This document shows positions 9,882 to 19,419 of a DNA stretch of 36,378 bases, one piece after another (position 1 is the first letter of the stretch; every line of letters starts with the position of its first letter). The stretch lies in contig JALWRR010000201.1 of the NCBI GenBank assembly GCA_026993975.1, positions 1 to 36,378 of the forward strand, written 5' to 3'. Both the position numbers and the translations under genes were made by a program. Origin of the DNA: Promethearchaeati archaeon (GTDB lineage Archaea; Asgardarchaeota; Njordarchaeia; Njordarchaeales; Njordarchaeaceae). Under the pieces are notes generated by a model that ran no database searches, had not been told where the DNA came from, and saw only the letters and a program-made list of their open reading frames with translations.

Positions 9882-11105
9882 GTGTTTAAAGTGCTAGGTT
9901 CATCAAGAGTAATAGCAACAAATATAGATGAGAGCTTGCCATTCTATTTATTAGATGATTATCGAAAAGAACTTGTAGCGGAAATTAAAAGAATTGAAAA
10001 GATAGGTGATAAACTAGCTCTAGTTCTTGATGATACTATTTTTTATCCAGGAGGAGGTCATCAGCCGCATGACACTGGTCGAGTAATTATAAATGGGAGA
10101 GAGTTTTTGATCAATAAAGTTGAGAAAAGAGAAAACACTATATTACATTACCTTAATGAGTTTACTGATACGACAAAATTACCAGTAGGTAGCAAAGTTA
10201 AATTAATGATAGATTGGGAGAGACGGTACAGAATCATGAAACTGCATACAGCTGAACACATATTCATGGAATGTATCCGTAAGGAGGGATATGATTTAGA
10301 GAACGGTCAATGGGGCCCAGATAAGGGATTAATAGTATTTAATGAAGAAATTCCTCCTGAAACCCTATTCAAGTGCGAAGCGGGAACGAATAAGATAATC
10401 AGGAAGGATCTCTCAGTATATAGAGTCATAAATAGAAATTACATTACGATAAAGATAGATGAATATAGTGAGAGGCCGTGTGGTGGGACTCACGTAAGTC
10501 GCACGGGAGAAATAGGGTTCTTCAAGATAATTAGTATTCTGAAGCGTGGTAAGGCAGTGTATTTTAATGTTGGCAACGAAGCGATTGATTCAATTATTAA
10601 GGATTACAATGATTTACTCTCGATAGCTATAAATACACTTAACTTGAGACAGGAGATTGATTTAAGGAAAGTTAATAAAATGATTTTAGATACAGTAAAG
10701 GATTTCTCTGGGATAAGAAACCAAAATGAGAAATTATCGAGAATGCTGATCAAGATAATTATTCAGTTACCATACAGAGAAGTTAAAATTGGTGAACACG
10801 TATTTAAAGCACATTATCTAGATTTAACTGATCTAGAGGTTCAACCAAAGCATCTCAAGAGGATAGGACAATTGATATCCAGTGGAGAGAAAGAAGAATT
10901 CGTGATTTTTAAGCTGTCTGAAGAATCAGTAGCTCTAATCTTTAAGCGCTCCAAAAAGCTTTTTAAAAAGTTAAGAAAGGAGCTGAGAAGAATCACCAAG
11001 AATGAATCAACTAAAGTTCAGGTCAGTTCCATAGAGGGAGGCCTCGTAATAAAATCAATGAATCAAAACATAGATAGTATTATAAAACTAATACAAACAT
11101 CATAA
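9882..11105 (+). CDS. alaX: AlaX-type aminoacyl-tRNA editing protein with C-terminal extension
   Basis: TIFYPGGGHQPHDTG, IDWERR...HTAEH (HxxxH) and CGGTH Zn motifs; about 170 extra C-terminal residues. Confidence 0.88.
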   Translation: MFKVLGSSRVIATNIDESLPFYLLDDYRKELVAEIKRIEKIGDKLALVLDDTIFYPGGGHQPHDTGRVIINGREFLINKVEKRENTILHYLNEFTDTTKLPVGSKVKLMIDWERRYRIMKLHTAEHIFMECIRKEGYDLENGQWGPDKGLIVFNEEIPPETLFKCEAGTNKIIRKDLSVYRVINRNYITIKIDEYSERPCGGTHVSRTGEIGFFKIISILKRGKAVYFNVGNEAIDSIIKDYNDLLSIAINTLNLRQEIDLRKVNKMILDTVKDFSGIRNQNEKLSRMLIKIIIQLPYREVKIGEHVFKAHYLDLTDLEVQPKHLKRIGQLISSGEKEEFVIFKLSEESVALIFKRSKKLFKKLRKELRRITKNESTKVQVSSIEGGLVIKSMNQNIDSIIKLIQTS

Positions 11106-11130
11106 AGAATCAGTCATTATTAATTCTCTT

Positions 11131-11148
11131 GAAAAAATAAAAGAAAAG
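11131..11148 (-). terminator. Putative T-rich archaeal terminator
   Basis: Minus strand reads CTTTTCTTTTATTTTTTC about 10 nt after the stop of the 855-aa surface protein gene. Confidence 0.55.
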
Positions 11149-11158
11149 TGTGAATAAT

Positions 11159-13726
11159 TCACTCCCGCTTCTTAATGAAGATTCCTCCAACAATTATCAC
11201 AACTAGAGCTATACCAATAAGAAGCACAAGCACTCTCGGTACTTTCGGTGTGGGAGCTGTTCCTCCACCGCCAGGAGCAGGAGTTACAGCAGAGACTAAT
11301 TCTAGTATCGCTTGAGAGAATGTTTGAACGAATTGACTTGATGATGATTCCTGAAGCATTCTTACGCCAGCAGCATAGAACATTCCTCCCTCCGAGGTCT
11401 CATTTTCTCCCTTCCCGGGTCTAGTTCCCTTTTCCATCTCGTATGGTCCGAAATCATAGATAACTATTGTTGGATTAGATAATAATTCGAATGAACCAGA
11501 AGCCTCTATGTTTAATTCATACTCCACAATAATCGTGCTATTTACAGGTAGATCTATAGGGTTCTCCTTGTTACCAATAACAACGTAAGTGATACCGATC
11601 TTATCATTAGTTACTGCGCCGTAACCAGTTGTTAGAGCGGTACCGTTAATAACTACATTTCCTGCGAATGATACTTGTGAAGCGTTCCAGTAATCAATTA
11701 TGTGAATTATTGTTGTGTTTAAATCACCCACATTACTGATCTCTAAGTGAACCTTGATTTTTCCAGTAGTGTTATCAATAGTCAAGGTCTTGTTGACAGA
11801 GATTTCTGCATGAAGCAATGGATACCTAAAGATTCTTCCTCTCAATCTAGCAGGTGGCAAAACGAACATTGAATACAAGTTGGAAGCTATTGGACCAGCT
11901 TTAAACTCAGATATTCCTGATGTAGTGAAGTTCTTTGTGAAACCATCATAATAAACTATTGCCCCAACGAAATGTAGTCCTGGCTTAGTCCTAACTTCGT
12001 AAGTTGTTCTTCTCTCATAACTGTATCCGCTCTCAAAATAGTCATTGATTTGATCCACATGGAAAGTATCTAGTATATCCATATCTATTATGTTACCATA
12101 CTCATCTAGTATTCCATGAATCACTTGTACACTTATGTTCTTAGCTGGCAGAGCACCAAAGTTAGTTAAATTGGTTACTACTGTAACAGTCTTACCTACT
12201 TCGACGAAGCTCTTGCCAGTAGGTGTCTCTACATGGACTTGGGGAATCAGGAATGTTCCATTGCAGCTTAATGGGTAGAAGAAACCATTAGCAACAATAC
12301 TATATTTTACACCAGCATTATCTGTGTAAACGACTATAGGTCCAAAGTTAAATGGTAGTAACTTATCACCTATAAGCGATGGATTAAAGTTCAAAGTCAT
12401 TTCTCTAATAGCGGTATCTCCAGGTCCCAATAAACCTATCTTTGTTCTTAACATGTATCTTGTTCCATGAGGGCCTCTCACTTGATCTAGTTCCCAATCT
12501 TTCGGTAAAAAGTAATTATTCTTTATTAACCACGATATCGTGTCATAAGCGTCTTTGTCTAGTGGTATTATAGCTCTAACTCTCTTAGCTACCGCAGAAC
12601 CATTATTTGTTACCTCTAATTTAAGAGTTAGGTACGTATTCGGGCTTATTGGATATGGTTCAGCAGTGAATTTAGCTTGAAGCACAGGGAATTTATTCAT
12701 TCTTTCCGAGTAATTATAGGGCTTGAACTTAATTACTACGTCATCTAGCGTACTTGGCCAATTGTATTCCCAGCTACCATCTAAGGCTTTTGCGTGAAGT
12801 ATGTATTGATAATAACCAGTGATTCCAGGGAATGAGCTATTGGTTGGCGTGCTAGCGTTTCTATCTAAGATAACAGGGAAAGGTATCTTTACCTCAATCG
12901 TGCTCCACATTGAATCCTCTGACCAACTTATTTCCCCAGTATGCTGAAATATGTGATTGATCGATATAATATATTGCTCTGAAGTATCATTATAAGTCAC
13001 TGCATTCTCAGCGATGAATGCTGCTCCTACAACTGGAATCAATTCATTCCTGTTTCCATTCTTGTTCAAATCATCTTTATCTCTTCCAATAACAAGCATC
13101 AATCTAGCGTAGGGCGAATCTAAGATAGCATCATAGGTTACTAGACCCATAAGTCCTTCTGATCCCAAAATGTTCTTGAATGTGTTCTGGAAGAACAAGT
13201 CAAAGTCCGTATCATTCATTATCGCGTAGAACTGAAGAGTAACCATATTATTCTTGAACTCTTCCCAGATAACATGATAAGTTAATCCATATGCTGAACC
13301 AATAATATTAGCGGCTCTAAATGCATCAGCAATAGCGTCTTCCTCACCATAACCCGCTCCAGCCTGATACTGCAATATTAATGAAGCTCCTGGAGGTATC
13401 TCCCAGACAGGTCTATGAATGTAATGAGTCCAGTCAAATCCCTTTCCAAACGATAGAACTACGAGATTTATTCTACTGAACGCTGGATCATTTATATCGA
13501 ATCCTATTGTAGTGTTGCCTCCGATTCTAACAGCTATAGCAGCCATCGCCTTATTCTTCCCCCATAATAACTGTATGCCCTCCGCGTAAGCATTATAGTT
13601 CAGCGTGTTATTCTCTTGCGCCCGAAGAGGCTGAATCGTTATCGGGGTTGTTGAATTTAAAATCAGGAATGCGATAGCAAAGGCTATCGCGATCTTACCT
13701 GCATTCTTAAGCAATTTTTTCACCAT
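11159..13726 (-). CDS. Large membrane-anchored cell-surface protein with Ig/CARDB-like domains
   Basis: N-terminal signal peptide (MVKKLLKN + hydrophobic stretch), repeated (V/L/I)(T/S)N.G Ig-like strands, about 20 N-x-S/T sequons, Pro/Gly/Thr linker, C-terminal TM helix followed by KKRE. Confidence 0.85.
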   Translation of the reverse strand: MVKKLLKNAGKIAIAFAIAFLILNSTTPITIQPLRAQENNTLNYNAYAEGIQLLWGKNKAMAAIAVRIGGNTTIGFDINDPAFSRINLVVLSFGKGFDWTHYIHRPVWEIPPGASLILQYQAGAGYGEEDAIADAFRAANIIGSAYGLTYHVIWEEFKNNMVTLQFYAIMNDTDFDLFFQNTFKNILGSEGLMGLVTYDAILDSPYARLMLVIGRDKDDLNKNGNRNELIPVVGAAFIAENAVTYNDTSEQYIISINHIFQHTGEISWSEDSMWSTIEVKIPFPVILDRNASTPTNSSFPGITGYYQYILHAKALDGSWEYNWPSTLDDVVIKFKPYNYSERMNKFPVLQAKFTAEPYPISPNTYLTLKLEVTNNGSAVAKRVRAIIPLDKDAYDTISWLIKNNYFLPKDWELDQVRGPHGTRYMLRTKIGLLGPGDTAIREMTLNFNPSLIGDKLLPFNFGPIVVYTDNAGVKYSIVANGFFYPLSCNGTFLIPQVHVETPTGKSFVEVGKTVTVVTNLTNFGALPAKNISVQVIHGILDEYGNIIDMDILDTFHVDQINDYFESGYSYERRTTYEVRTKPGLHFVGAIVYYDGFTKNFTTSGISEFKAGPIASNLYSMFVLPPARLRGRIFRYPLLHAEISVNKTLTIDNTTGKIKVHLEISNVGDLNTTIIHIIDYWNASQVSFAGNVVINGTALTTGYGAVTNDKIGITYVVIGNKENPIDLPVNSTIIVEYELNIEASGSFELLSNPTIVIYDFGPYEMEKGTRPGKGENETSEGGMFYAAGVRMLQESSSSQFVQTFSQAILELVSAVTPAPGGGGTAPTPKVPRVLVLLIGIALVVIIVGGIFIKKRE

Positions 13727-13833
13727 TTAATTAGATTTATTTATGAGATATGTTTCAATATTCTTTATACTCCAAGAAATAATTTAAATGTTTCCAAAAA
13801 TAATTATATATGTAATATTTTTCTTACACCATT

Positions 13834-14493
13834 TTATGAAGAGACCCTATTTATGCAACTGATTATTGACAATGCGTCTAACTTATCAATAATGCATGCG
13901 TTTCCTAGGTTAGGTAAATTGTTCCTATTTTTCTTGTTTTTGAGTATTATGGCATGGCATCCAGCGTTTCTAGCTGCTTCTGCATCTAGGTAATGATCAC
14001 CAACGTATATGCATTCCTGCGGCTTTGCATTAAGTTTCTCGCATATTCTGAGAAGCCCGTCTGGGTATGGCTTAGGCTTTGCGTCTTCTCTTGTGATAAT
14101 TAGCTCTATCTCGCTCCATAATTCTAGCTTGCTGACTACTTCTTGAACGTATTTTCTTCCACTTAGAGAATATATAGCTATTATGTATCCCATTTTATTC
14201 AGTTTGCTGATTACTTCTCTTGCTTTTTCTTCAATTGCTGCGTTTTTGAGTGCTCTTAATTCGTATTCAGTAGCTATCTCAGAAGCTTTAAGATATATTT
14301 TCCAAGCTTTCTCAGTATCATTGAATTTTTTTCTTAACGCGTCATAAACTTTCTTAAAGAATGGTGAATCCACGGAAATTCTTATTCCATACTTAGATAA
14401 GAACCTTATGATTTCTTCTCTCGCTTCAATAAATACTGAGAAAGCGGGATGCACGATTACTCCGTCAACATCAAAGATTATTACTCTGATCAT
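13834..14493 (-). CDS. HAD-superfamily hydrolase (phosphoglycolate phosphatase-like)
   Basis: FDVDG (motif I), KPYP (motif III), YVGD...D..AA..AG (motif IV). Confidence 0.92.
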   Translation of the reverse strand: MIRVIIFDVDGVIVHPAFSVFIEAREEIIRFLSKYGIRISVDSPFFKKVYDALRKKFNDTEKAWKIYLKASEIATEYELRALKNAAIEEKAREVISKLNKMGYIIAIYSLSGRKYVQEVVSKLELWSEIELIITREDAKPKPYPDGLLRICEKLNAKPQECIYVGDHYLDAEAARNAGCHAIILKNKKNRNNLPNLGNACIIDKLDALSIISCINRVSS

Positions 14494-14505
14494 TAGATTA
14501 TACCT

Positions 14506-14850
14506 CTAGCAAGTTAAGTGAAGTGCAGCTACCACCCTCTTGCCTTCCGCTATGAGTTTATTGAATTCATCGCAAGCATCACTAGTGCGCTTAACTATGA
14601 CTTTGATCCCCATTTCCTCAATCTTGTTAATGAGATCTTTAGGAACCTTCATAGCCCCCATTGCTCCAGTGCCTATAATCAGTATCTCCGGCTTATACTC
14701 AATTACATCGATTATATCCTCGTAATGTAGTTTATGCCCCTCTTTTCTCCACCAATTCGCCGCAATTTTATCTGGATAAATGATGAGATCAGAAGTATAC
14801 TTCTTGCCGTTAACAATAATTTCCCCGAAAGAATAATGATCTATCCTCAT
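14506..14850 (-). CDS. Mth938-like (DUF498) protein
   Basis: I..YSFG.I.VNG..Y..D, PEILIIGTG..G, C-terminal AALHLTC. ATG 14850 follows a GGTGA SD; the track start at 14862 lies within that SD. Confidence 0.92.
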   Translation of the reverse strand: MRIDHYSFGEIIVNGKKYTSDLIIYPDKIAANWWRKEGHKLHYEDIIDVIEYKPEILIIGTGAMGAMKVPKDLINKIEEMGIKVIVKRTSDACDEFNKLIAEGKRVVAALHLTC

Positions 14851-15116
14851 ATTCGGACTCACCTAAATTAGCAATAGCTTATGCCCCTAAAATTAAATTG
14901 TTAAAAAACATGGCATTAAAGCTTTAAGTCATTGATTATATGCACTATGTGTAGTCACAGATACTTCGCTCATCATGATACTGATTAATTTTTATTGATG
15001 GTTTAACCTTATATTTCCTGTAGGTGAGTAGTATTATATTACGTTCTGCTATATCGGATCCGTAGCGATTAGAGCTATTCCTGTTATATTAAGCGCTTTA
15101 GTGCTGGTGGTTCCCG

Positions 15117-15695
15117 TTGCCGGAAGCGATACCGTTCATTAAAATAGTTGTGCTTGGTGATCTGGAAGAGGAGGAAAATCTTGCTAATAGATTGAAACTG
15201 GAGAGTGATCGTGTATCTAGAATCAAGCTTAATGTTGAGGGTGTTGATATTAACGTTATTTTTGTTTTTCCGGATCCCAGAACACGCAACGAGCAGTTTC
15301 TTGAAATATATCTAATAGAAGCAGATATAATTATTCTCTGTTTATCTCAAAAAGTGTTTAATGAGATCCTAAAAGGCAACTTCGTTAAGTTATGGAAATA
15401 CCCTGATAAACATTACGTGATTTTAACTAGTGATGAGATGGATCAAATAAGCGTCTTCGATGAATTACTTAATCTCGGCTTAAAAAGAATAACCGTAAAA
15501 TCAATCTCGGAGATAAAGAGTATGAATGATCTAGAGTCAATTATTAGAGAAGTTATTAAGAGATCGCTGAGCGATCTAGTTAAGTCAAGGAAGAGGACTC
15601 TTTTAGCTGGTTCACTAAAGTTTCTTGACGATGAAATAGTATTTAAAGAGGAGAAAGAGGGATTAATAAAAAAGATTCTCGAGGATTTACTGTGA
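15117..15695 (+). CDS. Degenerate Ras/Rab-like small GTPase-fold protein (pseudo-GTPase candidate)
   Basis: IKIVVLGD...LANRL, IKLNVEGVDINVIF and YLIEADIIILC follow small-GTPase spacing, but G1 GxxxxGKS/T is replaced by GDLEEEEN and DxxG/NKxD are absent. GGTGG SD before the TTG start. Confidence 0.55.
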   Translation: MPEAIPFIKIVVLGDLEEEENLANRLKLESDRVSRIKLNVEGVDINVIFVFPDPRTRNEQFLEIYLIEADIIILCLSQKVFNEILKGNFVKLWKYPDKHYVILTSDEMDQISVFDELLNLGLKRITVKSISEIKSMNDLESIIREVIKRSLSDLVKSRKRTLLAGSLKFLDDEIVFKEEKEGLIKKILEDLL

Positions 15696-15722
15696 GGCAT
15701 AAAGTACTAGTAGTGATCAACC

Positions 15723-16604
15723 TTGAATTCTCTAATTATCGATAAGGAGATAATACAGGTGGCTATTAGGAAGCTTAATAATGATTTAATCACTATCTAT
15801 AGAGCTGGTGATCTCTTAAATTGCGAGAAAGTAAGCATGATTCCTACGGAGATAGATTACTTAATAGTGACAGAGAACTTTATGAGTGACCTAGCAACAT
15901 TTCTAAGTAAAGTGAAGGAAGCTCTTCCCTTGGAATTTAGGGCTAGAGTAAATATAGAGGTTATCCAGAGAGAACTAGCTCTCCATTTCTATAGACACGC
16001 TATATATCCAGTTGTTAACGCTATTATAAATGGCAAAGTCATATATGGGAACGCTCCTAGAGAATTCTCTAGAAGCAATTACGAAGTTTCCTCTCTCTCA
16101 ACGCATTACTTAATTTGCAAGGCTCTATATAGATTTAACTACGCTGAGGAGGAATTTGTGAAAGGAAACCTAAGAGATGTGGCTCGGCATTTATTTTACT
16201 CAGTGAAATATTCCATAGCAGCGTTAATCATGGGGACAAGAAAAATAATTGTTAATTGCTGGAATGAAATGTTCAAAATAATTAGCATTGATGCTAACAA
16301 GTTACATAGAGTCATTTCTGAATGGATCATGGGGATAAATAATAAGCCCTGGAGGATTCATAGGATACACAAATTTAATTATGATACTCTCCTCTTCATC
16401 AGGGAATTAGATACTCCCTACAGGGTAATTAGAGAGGTCTGGACTACTCTAGATAAAGAGAACCTCATCGATTTCATAGGTTTAGCCAGGATAATTAAAA
16501 GTAAGAAACCAGACTATATCGATTTCGTATGCATCGACGATAAACCAACTCTAATTATATATAATCGCGATAAAGAGGAGAGGATAAGCTTAGTTAATGA
16601 TTAA
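15723..16604 (+). CDS. Divergent nucleotidyltransferase-like + HEPN-like fusion protein
   Basis: IYRAGD...EIDYLIV resembles the pol-beta NTase GS...DxD region. AEEEFVKGNLRDVARHLFYSVKYSIAAL resembles HEPN helices 1-2. RIHRIH fits RX4H. Confidence 0.5.
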   Translation: MNSLIIDKEIIQVAIRKLNNDLITIYRAGDLLNCEKVSMIPTEIDYLIVTENFMSDLATFLSKVKEALPLEFRARVNIEVIQRELALHFYRHAIYPVVNAIINGKVIYGNAPREFSRSNYEVSSLSTHYLICKALYRFNYAEEEFVKGNLRDVARHLFYSVKYSIAALIMGTRKIIVNCWNEMFKIISIDANKLHRVISEWIMGINNKPWRIHRIHKFNYDTLLFIRELDTPYRVIREVWTTLDKENLIDFIGLARIIKSKKPDYIDFVCIDDKPTLIIYNRDKEERISLVND

Positions 16605-17362
16605 CCCAACATCGTATCTAGAATAAGCATAAGTAGAAAACCAGCCATTACAGCGAGCGTAGATTTATCAAAGTACTCTCCATGCTGCGCCTCAGGAATC
16701 ATCTCATTTATAACAACAAACATCATGGCTCCAGCGCAGAAACCGAAGAAATATGGCAATAAACCATGAACTAGTGACACTATAAAGTATACTAAAATAG
16801 CGTTTAATGGCTCTACTAAACCAGAAAATACTGAGAAACTAAAGGCTTTACGCTTAGAGAAACCCGAACTATAGAGTGGTGCAGCTACAGCGAATCCCTC
16901 TGGAATATTCTGGATCCCTATAGCTATAGCGACTTCAACACCTAATATCAAACTTCCAGAAGCAAAAGCTACTCCAACGGACATTCCTTCAGGCATATTA
17001 TGTAGCGTTAATGCACTAAATATTATCAATGCTTTAGTTAATGCGGGGCTAGCTGTTTCTCCAGTTAATTTATAGTAAAAAACGTGTACTCTATCCTTAA
17101 GCAGTAAAACAAAAAGCACTCCTATAATGAATCCAATAGATACACTCACTGTGCCTCCGAGCTCCATGCCTGGAATAAGCAAGCTGAATATGGATGATGC
17201 TAACATAATTCCTGCCGCTATTGCATTACCTATATCGAATTTCCTGTGACTAAACTCGTCTCTCATAAATAGAATAGGAATGCCTCCTGTCGATGTTGCC
17301 ACTAGACCAGCTAACAAGGCAGATACGAGAAAAAACGTGAATGGATCCATACTTATAACCAT
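16601..17362 (-). CDS. ZIP family (GufA/ZupT-like) metal transporter
   Basis: AAGIML, HNMPEG, QNIPEG, SGLVEP, AGAM and EMIPE motifs; multiple TM helices. Confidence 0.95.
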   Translation of the reverse strand: MVISMDPFTFFLVSALLAGLVATSTGGIPILFMRDEFSHRKFDIGNAIAAGIMLASSIFSLLIPGMELGGTVSVSIGFIIGVLFVLLLKDRVHVFYYKLTGETASPALTKALIIFSALTLHNMPEGMSVGVAFASGSLILGVEVAIAIGIQNIPEGFAVAAPLYSSGFSKRKAFSFSVFSGLVEPLNAILVYFIVSLVHGLLPYFFGFCAGAMMFVVINEMIPEAQHGEYFDKSTLAVMAGFLLMLILDTMLG

Positions 17363-17452
17363 TAATAATCTTGATTAATTGATTCATCATATAACATATT
17401 TTTAAATAGTGGGATAGAAGAGAGTTTAAAAAATTAATGATGAGGATTATCG

Positions 17453-18307
17453 ATGCAGGAGATAATTATTCTATACGTGATTTTAATAGCTTTCCTAGCT
17501 GGGTTTATAGGTTCTATTCTTGGGTTAGGCGGAGGATCTATCCTAGTCCCATTCCTTGATATGTTAGCTGACGCAGGTTTTCTCCCCGGCGTTAATATTC
17601 ATCAGATAATCGCGACAAGCCTAGTTTGCACGATAGCTACCTCCAGTACAAGCAGCAGTATTTATATCGAGAAGAAAATAACAAACATGAGAATAGGTAT
17701 ATTTCTAGGAACGATAAGTATTCTAGGCGCGTTTACCGGCGCAACAATATCCGTTATGCTTCAAGGCAACATTCTTAGATTCTTATTTGGAATCCTATTG
17801 ATTTTTACAGCATATAACATGATTAAGGGAAAGAGATATACTCTGAAAAGAAAGGAAGTGAGGGAAGATAAGCTAGCTAGATTACTCGGCTTAAACGGCG
17901 AATATTATGATGAATCCGAAAAGAAAACAATAACATATCAAGCTCAAAACACCGTGAAAGGATTCATCTTAACTTTCTTCGGGGGGTTAGTATCAGGATT
18001 ACTGGGAATAGGGGGAGGAGTAATAAACGTACCAATATTAGTCCTCATCCTTGGCCTTCCACCTAAAGTAGCATCAGCTACGAGTTTATTTATCATTGGG
18101 TTAAATGGCGCAACAGGCGGAACAATATATTGGTTAAGCGGTCTGATTGAACCACTATTAGTCGCTCCAGCGGTATTAGGGATATTTATTGGTGCTACAA
18201 CTGGAACAAAGTTCTTTAGAAGGTTGAGAAATGAGACGTTGCGAAAGATATTTGCTATATTCCTGCTTTACGTCGCTTTAAGAATGATATACAAGGCTTT
18301 CTACTAG
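17453..18307 (+). CDS. TauE/SafE family (sulfite exporter-like) membrane protein
   Basis: Duplicated G..LG(L/I)GGG...VP motifs and ATSL repeats; multiple TM helices. Confidence 0.93.
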   Translation: MQEIIILYVILIAFLAGFIGSILGLGGGSILVPFLDMLADAGFLPGVNIHQIIATSLVCTIATSSTSSSIYIEKKITNMRIGIFLGTISILGAFTGATISVMLQGNILRFLFGILLIFTAYNMIKGKRYTLKRKEVREDKLARLLGLNGEYYDESEKKTITYQAQNTVKGFILTFFGGLVSGLLGIGGGVINVPILVLILGLPPKVASATSLFIIGLNGATGGTIYWLSGLIEPLLVAPAVLGIFIGATTGTKFFRRLRNETLRKIFAIFLLYVALRMIYKAFY

Positions 18308-18316
18308 GTGTTTCTA

Positions 18317-18649
18317 ATGAATGAGTATGACTTATACAAATATATCAAGATGAGTGTGCTCGTCAGCATAATACTGTTCATAATGGGCTTATCAATAACA
18401 GTAATTAATCAAACCTACACAGTGAGTACGAACATAAGTATTAACGATTTCATTAATCAATTGCTCTTGGGGAACCCTACCGCTATTATTTATCTGGGTA
18501 TACTAAATTTGATATTGATACCGATAGTCTCATTATTCTATCTAGATGTAACATATATTGCAGATAGAGATAAAAATATGTCATTATTAACGATTATTAC
18601 GATATCAATGTTAATAATAGTTATACTAATAAAATTACTACTTTTCTAG
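18317..18649 (+). CDS. DUF1634-like small membrane protein (TauE partner)
   Basis: Three TM segments, P.AIIYLGIL.LILIP...RDK pattern, directly after tauE. ATG 18317 follows AGGTG (track start 18308). Confidence 0.75.
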   Translation: MNEYDLYKYIKMSVLVSIILFIMGLSITVINQTYTVSTNISINDFINQLLLGNPTAIIYLGILNLILIPIVSLFYLDVTYIADRDKNMSLLTIITISMLIIVILIKLLLF

Positions 18650-19419
18650 CTTTCAATAAACTCTTTAACAACACTTAATGTCCTTTCAAGCATTGCTTGC
18701 CACAACTTCTCACCCTTCTCAACACTTGCTTTAGTTGGATCACCTATACTTCCAGTATCAGTAAATTCATCAGTATTCCAGGCCGTCGTAACTCTTATTG
18801 GAGACCACAAAGCAGCATACTTCATCTTAGGAGTCTTGATATTAGGTTTAGTTATCTTATCTTTTCTTACTTTATCTGGAATTATTACTAATGCTACACT
18901 TGTTTCAAATTCGCATGCATGCCCCCAAATCTCTGATTCCAGGACATCCTTAATTACATCATTGATTAATTCCCACGGATTTATCAATATAGCTTTCAGC
19001 TTTGTTTTCTCTTTTATCTCTCTAAGAGCTAGATTCAGTGTAGGAATATTTCCACCATGACCATTAATAATAATTAGTTTCCTTACGCCATGTTTATCAA
19101 GGCTCCTAGCTATATCCCTAACCATAGATAGTAGTGTGCTTGATTCTAGGGTGATTGTTCCTTTAAAGTGCATGTGGTGCGGAGAGATACCGTACCATAT
19201 CGGTGGAAGAACCAGTACGTCACCACTCAACTTACTAGCTATCTCTCTCGATAATATGTATGAGCTATAACTATCCATACCTAGGGGTAAATGTAAACTA
19301 TGTTGCTCGCAACTACCAACGGGCAATATAACAGCTTTTATCTTATTAATCTTCTCACTTATCTCAAACCAAGTATGATCCTTCCACTCAAGCATTAACA
19401 GCGCCTCAATAATCTCCAT
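18646..19419 (-). CDS. Creatininase family amidohydrolase
   Basis: PVGSCEQH..HLPLG.D, G.SPHH..F.GT, NGHGGN, HACEFETS and G.IGDP motifs. Confidence 0.94.
   Translation of the reverse strand: MEIIEALLMLEWKDHTWFEISEKINKIKAVILPVGSCEQHSLHLPLGMDSYSSYILSREIASKLSGDVLVLPPIWYGISPHHMHFKGTITLESSTLLSMVRDIARSLDKHGVRKLIIINGHGGNIPTLNLALREIKEKTKLKAILINPWELINDVIKDVLESEIWGHACEFETSVALVIIPDKVRKDKITKPNIKTPKMKYAALWSPIRVTTAWNTDEFTDTGSIGDPTKASVEKGEKLWQAMLERTLSVVKEFIES

Noticed and set aside
11159-11173. C-terminal KKRE after the TM helix matches the eukaryotic KKxx COPI retrieval signal
   Set aside because: Basic tails after C-terminal anchors are common in archaeal surface proteins (positive-inside rule); one instance is uninformative.
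14989-15001. 13-mer TTTTTATTGATGG also present at 30645-30657, upstream of two unusual genes
   Set aside because: Largely a TATA-like AT tract; matches of this length are expected by chance among AT-rich intergenic regions.
15032-15142. Short hydrophobic reading frame (YYITFCYIGSVAIRAIPVILSALVLVVPVAG...) downstream of a GGTGA
   Set aside because: No canonical start near the SD, it overlaps the start of the 15117 gene, and there is no other support.
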